NCBI GenBank assembly: GCA_964014485.1 | Contig: CAXHAT010000124.1 | Coordinates: 1 to 24,011, forward strand | Source: an uncultured Deferribacteres bacterium | GTDB lineage: Bacteria > Zhuqueibacterota > Zhuqueibacteria > Zhuqueibacterales > Geothermadaptataceae | Length of the DNA stretch: 24,011 nt | Reading direction: 5' to 3' | Part shown: piece after piece, positions 17,747-24,011 of the stretch | Position numbering within the stretch: the first letter of the stretch is position 1 | Layout: the number at the start of each line of letters is the position of its first letter | Translations under genes and position numbers: made by a program | Notes under the pieces: generated by a model | What the model saw: the letters and a program-made list of their open reading frames with translations, nothing else | Database searches by the model: none | What the model was told of the DNA's origin: nothing

Positions 17747-19073
17747 GTTGCGCAACGCTCAGTGTTCGAATCCTTTTCAGAGCTTGAAAATACGGCGCCA
17801 CGAGCCATGCGTTTGCGCTTGCCCTTCCGGCAATCAACGCGAGCGCAGCGGCGATAATCCCGCTCATGTTCAAAAGAAAAATTGTGATGTACAAAGTCAG
17901 CAAAATGCCGCCGACTTCGAAAATGGTGGCGACGGTGATCGGCTCTGTCTTGCCGGCGTTCATCAACATGGCGCGCTGAAAAGCAAGCAAAACGCTCAGA
18001 GCCGGAATAACCGCCATAATTTGCGTCGGCGGTTGAGTGAAAATCGAAAGTTCGTACGGCAAGCCGGACACGGTTTCGTACCACAATCTGGCTAACGGCG
18101 TGAAGGCGATAAGCATCAAAGCCGCCGTTGCGAAAACGCCCAGCCTAATCGCGAAATTGCGCAAAATGGGATAGTTTTCAAACCGTTCGTCCATCAAGGC
18201 GATGCCGACTTCCTGGAAGGCGAGTCCGAAGGTGCGAAAAATGAACACCAACGCCAGCATGACCGGGAGGGCGGCCAAGGAATCGAGCGCGTCCTTGCTT
18301 TGGCCGAGAAAAAAACTGACAAACGGATGCACGCCCATCGCTAAAATGGAAGTCACCGCCAGCGGAAAATAGAATTTTGTGATCTTGCGATAGGTCAAGT
18401 CATGGCTCGCGGCGATTTCCGTTGATTGTAATAATTCAACGACCGGCTTAGCGGCCATTTTTCTGCTGGCCGCGGCTTCGCAAAGCACGCCGATAGAAAG
18501 TGCGGCCCCGCCAATCGCAGCGCCGGGGAGATCGGTGAAAAAATGGAGCGCGACGGCGCCGCCGACCATACTTGACAATCGCACAATTGTGCCGTAAGCC
18601 ACGCGCCGCGTCATGTGTGATCGAATCAGCACACCCTGATAAAACCGTCGGTAGCCAATCGCCGCGGGCCAGGGCAGCAGCAAAGCCAGGGTGATGTACG
18701 TCAAATCAGCGATTTTCGGCGGCAATTGCATCAGATCGCGGATGAGAAAATCATAGACGGGTGGAATGAGACAGATGAGCATAAAAGCTGTCATCATGCC
18801 GTTCAGCGCATAAACAAAACGGCGGATTTTGAGAAATGAAGCGCGGTCTTTGACCAGAGCGGTCGCCGCGCTCATGACCATGATTACGGGCGCTTCCAAA
18901 AAGAGCGCAAACGCGTAGGCGACGCCATAAGCGGCAAGATTTTGCTTGGGTTCGGAGAGCCGAGCGATCACCGCGGAAAGAAAAGGCCCTTCGATGGACA
19001 TCATCAACCAGGTCGCGGAAAGGGGGAGCCAGAAGAGAAAAATACTCCAATGGGTGAGCTTCGAATTTTGCAA
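17730..19073 (-). CDS. MOP/MATE-superfamily membrane transporter, ANKH-like
   Basis: About 12 hydrophobic segments with an internal duplication (LTHWSIFLFWLPL / LTYRKITKFYFPL); LAAYGVAY motif; TTG start. Confidence 0.75.
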   Translation of the reverse strand: MQNSKLTHWSIFLFWLPLSATWLMMSIEGPFLSAVIARLSEPKQNLAAYGVAYAFALFLEAPVIMVMSAATALVKDRASFLKIRRFVYALNGMMTAFMLICLIPPVYDFLIRDLMQLPPKIADLTYITLALLLPWPAAIGYRRFYQGVLIRSHMTRRVAYGTIVRLSSMVGGAVALHFFTDLPGAAIGGAALSIGVLCEAAASRKMAAKPVVELLQSTEIAASHDLTYRKITKFYFPLAVTSILAMGVHPFVSFFLGQSKDALDSLAALPVMLALVFIFRTFGLAFQEVGIALMDERFENYPILRNFAIRLGVFATAALMLIAFTPLARLWYETVSGLPYELSIFTQPPTQIMAVIPALSVLLAFQRAMLMNAGKTEPITVATIFEVGGILLTLYITIFLLNMSGIIAAALALIAGRASANAWLVAPYFQALKRIRTLSVAQHAESV

Positions 19074-19080
19074 AAAGTAA

Positions 19081-19956
19081 TTACCAGTATTCTATCTTTA
19101 TCGGCTGTTTCAGCCGCTTTTCAATTTTTTTTAGATCGGGCCGATCTTTGGGCAGTCCCTTGATCGCCCTCCCGTCGGGATAAATCGTAGCCGTCGTCGT
19201 CACGCTGAAAAAGCCTTTTTTTGAGCGTGCGTAGACAATTTGCAAACCATCGTCCGAGATAGCGGAGCGCGATTGCACAATTGCGCCTTCGCCAATAATT
19301 TTGAATAACGCACCCAGTAAACCGGTCGTTGGTCGGCCTTTCATGCCTTCGATTTCATCGTAGAGAAGCATATCGCCAAAGTCGAGCAATTTCAAGCGAA
19401 CGTCTCGGGCGTTGATGACGCGCAGTCTGGGTACGGAAAGCGTGTCGTCGTATGCAAAATGACTGGCCGGGTTTTCTTCCTCGCACCAAAAGGTGTGAAT
19501 CGAAAGCGCCTGTTTTGGCCGCCTGCCTTCGATCACTTGTTTGACCACGCGATCTACGCCGAATTCAACGACTTCATTCTGATTATTCTCGCGCGCCAGT
19601 TGAACGTAAATCGGGAGTTTTTCAAACGGCAAGCCGGTTTTTTGCAAATAGGCGTTCAGGTTGTTTTCGCCGTCGTAAAAAATACGCGTCTCTCCGCCGC
19701 CTTTCTTTTGAATTTCATCAATAAGAGCCAAAAGCACGTTTGAATGGAATCGGGCGCCGTTTGTCGTCGTCAAAAAATCATAGCCTTTTTGCGTGTCCAT
19801 CGCTTTCACAATGCTCTCAACGCTGGCGATGTAGACGTTCGCTCCGTCTTTTTCTTTTGCCTGGCAAAACGCCAGGTAGCTGCAAAGGATGAAGGTTAAG
19901 ATCGACATTTGACGGAGGGCGAGCTTTCTGAATTTCACACGACTTTTTAAAAACAT
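19081..19956 (-). CDS. Hypothetical protein, probably exported
   Basis: 291-aa ORF with a basic then hydrophobic N-terminus (SILTFILCSYLAFCQA); ends 7 bp before the transporter; no family recognised. Confidence 0.75.
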   Translation of the reverse strand: MFLKSRVKFRKLALRQMSILTFILCSYLAFCQAKEKDGANVYIASVESIVKAMDTQKGYDFLTTTNGARFHSNVLLALIDEIQKKGGGETRIFYDGENNLNAYLQKTGLPFEKLPIYVQLARENNQNEVVEFGVDRVVKQVIEGRRPKQALSIHTFWCEEENPASHFAYDDTLSVPRLRVINARDVRLKLLDFGDMLLYDEIEGMKGRPTTGLLGALFKIIGEGAIVQSRSAISDDGLQIVYARSKKGFFSVTTTATIYPDGRAIKGLPKDRPDLKKIEKRLKQPIKIEYW

Positions 19957-20068
19957 TTCAATGCCTGTTTTCGGTTATGTGATACGATTTTGGCCTGAAA
20001 TACGCAAGAGAAATGCCAAGGATTTTGGGGGAATGCACTAGGCGATTTTATAACGCAAAATTTTTCAA

Positions 20069-20217
20069 AACGCAGAGATGCAAAGCACGCTAAGAAGCGC
20101 GGAGAAATCCAATTGAACTTCAAAGGATTTTACCTAAGAACAGAAATCCATTAGAGAGGCTTCGAGATTTTCTTTAAAAGACTCAGCGAAGCTCTCCGGT
20201 CTCCGCTTCTCTGCGTT
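20069..20217. repeat. MITE-like element with AACGCAGAG-type degenerate 8-10-bp subrepeats in inverted arms
   Basis: Left arm AACGCAGAG ATGCAAAG CACGCTAAG AAGCGCGGAG; right arm CTCAGCGAAG CTCTCCGGT CTCCGCTT CTCTGCGTT; the outer 10 bp (AACGCAGAGA) form a perfect inverted repeat. Confidence 0.65.
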
Positions 20218-20303
20218 AGGTCACAGATCTAAACAACGGGTTTGTTTGGTGTAGAGGAGTGGTCGTACTACCTTAAGAGCATGTTGACTTAACCTCAATT
20301 GCC

Positions 20304-20332
20304 TTGACTTCCCAAACGGACAAATCTATTTT
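20304..20332 (+). promoter_or_regulatory. Candidate sigma70 promoter of the DUF1080 gene
   Basis: TTGACT-17 nt-TATTTT, 37 nt upstream of ATG 20370. Confidence 0.55.
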
Positions 20333-20369
20333 GAACCTGCGTTTTGAAAACCAGGGAAGGAGGAAAGGT

Positions 20370-21116
20370 ATGAAACGCATCTCTTGTTTGTTGCTGGGGG
20401 CGATTTTAGCTTTTGGCTGTAATTCAGCGTCAGAAGAAAACGTTGAACCGTTTATCACTGAAATTCCAGACAACGCAGGTCTCGTCGCTGATGAAGACGG
20501 CTGGATTACTTTATTCGACGGCAAAACGTTTGACGGCTGGCGCGGGTTTCGTTCTCTCGAATTGCCCGCAGGCTGGAAAATCACGCAAGACGGCGAGCTC
20601 CATTTCAACGGTAACGGCAAAGGCGATATTATGACGGCGCATCAGTTTGCCAGCATGGAGTTTGAGCTGGAGTGGAAAGTTTCTCTCGGAGGAAACAGCG
20701 GCATTTTTTACTGGGTGACGGAAGATGACAGCCGCACCTATCGCACGGGGCCGGAAATGCAAGTGCTCGACAATAGCAAGCACAAGGACGGCAAGAATCC
20801 GCTCACTTCTGCAGGCTCAAATTACGCCTTGCAAGCCCCGCCTGAAGATGTGACCGCTCCTGTCGGCGAGTATAACAAAGTAAGAATCGTCATCAACGGC
20901 GATCACGTAGAACACTGGCTGAACGGCGTCAAGTTGCTTGAATACGAAGCGGGTTCTGAGGCATGGCAAGCATTAGTCGCAAAGAGCAAGTTCAACAAAA
21001 TGCCGAATTACGGCAAGAACCGCAAAGGCCACATCGCGCTGCAAGACCACGGCGATCCGGTTTGGTACCGCAACATCCGCGTACGCCTGTTCGAAGCGGA
21101 GCCTGCTTCAGAGTGA
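20370..21116 (+). CDS. DUF1080 / 3-keto-disaccharide hydrolase-family lipoprotein
   Basis: Lipobox LAFGC; GWITLFDGKTFDGW, GGNSGIFY, GPEMQVLD, HWLNG, GHIALQDHGDPVWYRNIRVR; AGGAGG SD. Confidence 0.92.
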   Translation: MKRISCLLLGAILAFGCNSASEENVEPFITEIPDNAGLVADEDGWITLFDGKTFDGWRGFRSLELPAGWKITQDGELHFNGNGKGDIMTAHQFASMEFELEWKVSLGGNSGIFYWVTEDDSRTYRTGPEMQVLDNSKHKDGKNPLTSAGSNYALQAPPEDVTAPVGEYNKVRIVINGDHVEHWLNGVKLLEYEAGSEAWQALVAKSKFNKMPNYGKNRKGHIALQDHGDPVWYRNIRVRLFEAEPASE

Positions 21117-21178
21117 TTGGGATAAATCTGAGATTACTGAAAAACGTCAGATGATGACAATGCAAAAGGGGTCAATTC

Positions 21179-22315
21179 ATGGCAAATAATGTTTGTAATT
21201 TTGGCGCAGTAGGAGACGGGATATCCGATGACACAATTTCGATTCAAAATGCAATTAACGACGCTCAAGCTCAAGGAAGACCTGTTTTTCTTCCTGCCGG
21301 TGAGTATAGAATTACGAAGACTCTAACGATAGAACGCGATGTCGATCTCTTCGGAGAAGATTCCAATCTTTGCTCTATTACGCATGATCTTCGAGATTTT
21401 AATGAGAATTATCGCAGGTTAAATGCGACCTGCATTCGCGTAGATAATACTCCTAACGGAGAACGTACACAGAAGGCGCCTTATGTAACACTTAGGCGGT
21501 TTCGGATTTCCACATCCGAACCACGTTTAATTCTTGGAGACCCTGAACGGCAGACTGGAATATTTATCCGGGGTGGTTTTTGGAATTGTATAATTCGCGA
21601 TGTTGTTGTGCAAGATTTCTTTCAAGGCATCTATTTACGTCAATGCTGGACAGCTCGTATTCAAAATTGCTCAATCGAGCGTTCTCTATTGCATTGTTTG
21701 AAATGGGAAAATGCTACAGCAGGCGAGATTACCGGTTGTCGATTGGACTGCATTTCTGGCTCAATCAGTACGAATCAAGGTAATGCCTGCGCATTTGTTA
21801 CTTTCGATCATGTAGATTGTCGCGATGAAACTATAGCACTTTCTGTCGCAAATAATGCTTTTCAACAATCCGAAAGGGCTGGGTTTTATGGACGAGGTAT
21901 TGGGAATGTAACTTTCACAAACAATTTCTTCGAAGGTAATAATCGAGCAAAAATAGCATCAACCGCCGCCTTGCACTTAGACAATGATCCTGGTACTCCC
22001 AAAGAAAAATTACCTCCTCAGTGCATTAAGAAGGATACACCAGAAACATTATATCACCAACAGCGAGTTGTAAACATTATTGGAGGATTTTTCACTCCCG
22101 GGGGACATGGTGGTGGAACTGCAATAAAGATCGGAAACTACGAGGTTATTAACATCATGGGTGTGGATATTCGGGGAAGCGATTTTTCAAAGAGTATTGA
22201 TTTGACTGGGAAAAATTCGAAAGTTAATTTGGTGGGAGTTCATGCCGAACTGCCATATTCTATTCGCTCTCAAACACCGGAAATTCAAAATAGCCTCTTG
22301 GGTCAGAAAGTTTGA
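21179..22315 (+). CDS. Right-handed beta-helix protein (pectate_lyase_3 / GH28-like N-terminus)
   Basis: NVCNFGAVGDGISDDTISIQNAIN...VFLPAGEYRITKTL followed by beta-helix-type coils; no signal peptide; AT-rich. Confidence 0.8.
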   Translation: MANNVCNFGAVGDGISDDTISIQNAINDAQAQGRPVFLPAGEYRITKTLTIERDVDLFGEDSNLCSITHDLRDFNENYRRLNATCIRVDNTPNGERTQKAPYVTLRRFRISTSEPRLILGDPERQTGIFIRGGFWNCIIRDVVVQDFFQGIYLRQCWTARIQNCSIERSLLHCLKWENATAGEITGCRLDCISGSISTNQGNACAFVTFDHVDCRDETIALSVANNAFQQSERAGFYGRGIGNVTFTNNFFEGNNRAKIASTAALHLDNDPGTPKEKLPPQCIKKDTPETLYHQQRVVNIIGGFFTPGGHGGGTAIKIGNYEVINIMGVDIRGSDFSKSIDLTGKNSKVNLVGVHAELPYSIRSQTPEIQNSLLGQKV

Positions 22316-22452
22316 ACATCATTCCATCTAAAGTTGTGACAACAATAATAATCGGACACAAATTGAGTTTTCGAGATATTCAACTTCTGAAACTTTCATT
22401 CATGGATTCAACAATCCATTAATCCAATAACCATTTTTTCGGAGGAAGGGAA

Positions 22453-23955
22453 ATGGCAAGTACGGAAAACGCGAGCGATATTCATCCGAAGCGCCTGTTT
22501 ATCGCAAGCTGCGTTTCGTTGATCGCAACTTCGGTGGCTTTTGCAACCGTCGGGGCGATCATGTTTACGCTCAAAAAAGAATTTGTGCTCACCAACGCCG
22601 ACGTCGGTTGGATCAGCGGAGCCGCACTCTGGGGCTTTGCCGTGTCACAATTGATTTTCGCGCCGCTCTGCGACAACCTCGGCATGAAATTTCTGTTGCG
22701 TCTCGCGTTTGTCGGGCACCTGATCGGCGCGCTCGTGATGATGGTTGCGAACGGCTTTTGGATGTTGTTTTCAGGCGCGCTGATCATCGCTTTGGGCAAC
22801 GGCTTGGTGGAAGCGGCGTGTAATCCATTGGTCGCGGCGCTCTATCCTGACAACAAGACTGTTAAGCTCAATCAATTCCACGTTTGGTTCCCCGGCGGCA
22901 TCGTGCTTGGCGGGCTTGCCGCATTCGGCCTGGACGCCATCGGCGTTTCTTCCTGGCAAATCAAACTCTCGCTCATCCTCATTCCGACCTTGCTCTACGG
23001 ATACCTTTTTCTCGGGCAAAAATTTCCACACACCGAAGGGGTTCAATCCGGCGTTTCGATGAGCGAAATGTTCAAAGCGACGCTGACTACGCCGTTGATG
23101 TGGCTCATGCTCGGCTGCATGGCGATCACGGCTTCGGTGGAGCTCGGGCCGAATCGCTGGGTGCCCGCCGTACTCGAAGCGGGCGGTCTCGCTGGAATTC
23201 TGGTGTTGGTGTGGATAAACGGGATCATGGCCGTCATGCGAAATTTCGCCGGGCCGCTGGTGCATCGTCTCTCTCCTACCGGCATTCTTTTAAGCTCGGC
23301 TATTGTTGCGGCAATCGGACTTTTCTGGCTCAGCTACGCCGAAGGTTTGGTAATGGCTTTCGCTTCAGCGACGGTTTTCGCCGTCGGGATTTGCTATTTT
23401 TGGCCGACGATGCTCGGATTCGTTTCAGAACGCATTCCCAAAAGCGGCGCTTTGGGGCTTGGCTTAATGGGCGCTATGGGCATGTGCGTCGTCGGCTTGG
23501 TGACGGCTCCGCAAATGGGCTCAATCGCCGACAAATACGCGCATGAAAAATTCGTTGAACAAACGCAGGAAACTGTTGCGCTGTTTGAAGAAGCTTCCGC
23601 GGGACTGGCAAACGTTCCGCAGATTTCAGGGCGCGTCGGACAAGATATTCGCGGCGCCAAGGAAGCGGTTGAAAGCGCTCTGCAAACCTATAACTCAACC
23701 GGAGCTTTACCTGAACCCGGCACGGCCAATGCGTTTCGCGCGCTCACGGACAGCGGGGTTGAGGCCGCATACATCGACAAGGCGAAAAGCATGTTGGGTC
23801 CGGCGGATAATTACGGCGGCCGCATTTCTTTCCGCTACATCGTTCCGTTTGCCGGGGTGATCATCGTCATCTTTGGCCTGCTTTATATGCAAGACCGAAA
23901 GGCGGGGGGCTATAAAATCGAAAAGATTCAAAGCGACGGAGCCCGACCTGCCTAA
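22453..23955 (+). CDS. MFS transporter (probable sugar/glycoside permease)
   Basis: About 12 TM segments; GNGLVEAACNPLVAALYP, LNQFHVWFPGGIVLG, FWPTMLGFVSERIPK; GGAGG SD; large soluble insertion before the last TM. Confidence 0.9.
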   Translation: MASTENASDIHPKRLFIASCVSLIATSVAFATVGAIMFTLKKEFVLTNADVGWISGAALWGFAVSQLIFAPLCDNLGMKFLLRLAFVGHLIGALVMMVANGFWMLFSGALIIALGNGLVEAACNPLVAALYPDNKTVKLNQFHVWFPGGIVLGGLAAFGLDAIGVSSWQIKLSLILIPTLLYGYLFLGQKFPHTEGVQSGVSMSEMFKATLTTPLMWLMLGCMAITASVELGPNRWVPAVLEAGGLAGILVLVWINGIMAVMRNFAGPLVHRLSPTGILLSSAIVAAIGLFWLSYAEGLVMAFASATVFAVGICYFWPTMLGFVSERIPKSGALGLGLMGAMGMCVVGLVTAPQMGSIADKYAHEKFVEQTQETVALFEEASAGLANVPQISGRVGQDIRGAKEAVESALQTYNSTGALPEPGTANAFRALTDSGVEAAYIDKAKSMLGPADNYGGRISFRYIVPFAGVIIVIFGLLYMQDRKAGGYKIEKIQSDGARPA

Positions 23956-23960
23956 TAATT

Positions 23961-24011
23961 CTCGTTCCCAATCTCTGGATTGGGAGCGCAATTGCACTCG
24001 AAACTCCAGTT
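23961..24011. repeat. REP/REPIN-like palindromic repeat, cut by the window end
   Basis: CGTTCCCAATC-TCTG-GATTGGGAGCG hairpin, followed by the start of a second one (GAAACTCCAGTT...). Confidence 0.6.

Noticed and set aside
21117..22452. Beta-helix gene as a further integron cassette
   Set aside because: No RYYYAAC...GTTRRRY palindrome found in either flank.

Overview
Bacterial contig end, probably from a metagenome assembly; gene order and clear Shine-Dalgarno motifs suggest a non-Bacteroidetes FCB-type lineage such as KSB1 or Calditrichota (inference only). Bases 1-48 are an untrimmed Illumina Nextera adapter. A core translation and RNA-processing cluster follows (DUF503 fragment, rbfA, truB, ribF, rpsO, pnp), then an M16 peptidase, ald, a polysaccharide deacetylase, a MerR regulator, a thiolase, tRNA-Pro(GGG), ftsH and an NAD-dependent epimerase. 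The main unannotated structure lies at about 13.2-15.6 kb: a minus-strand integron cassette array with no integrase in the window (CALIN-like). It has two well-formed attC sites, one damaged attC, two cassettes bounded by matching core sites, and a candidate Pc promoter and attI-like site. The cassettes carry a lipoprotein, a SnoaL/DUF4440 protein and a decayed stand-alone EF-Tu domain II gene that the ORF track misses. Further along are a voltage-gated channel with a CavMr-like TLEGW filter, pyrD overlapped by an ANKH-like MOP transporter, a DUF1080 lipoprotein, an AT-rich beta-helix gene and an MFS sugar transporter. Four different MITE/REP-like palindromic repeats occupy intergenic spacers.
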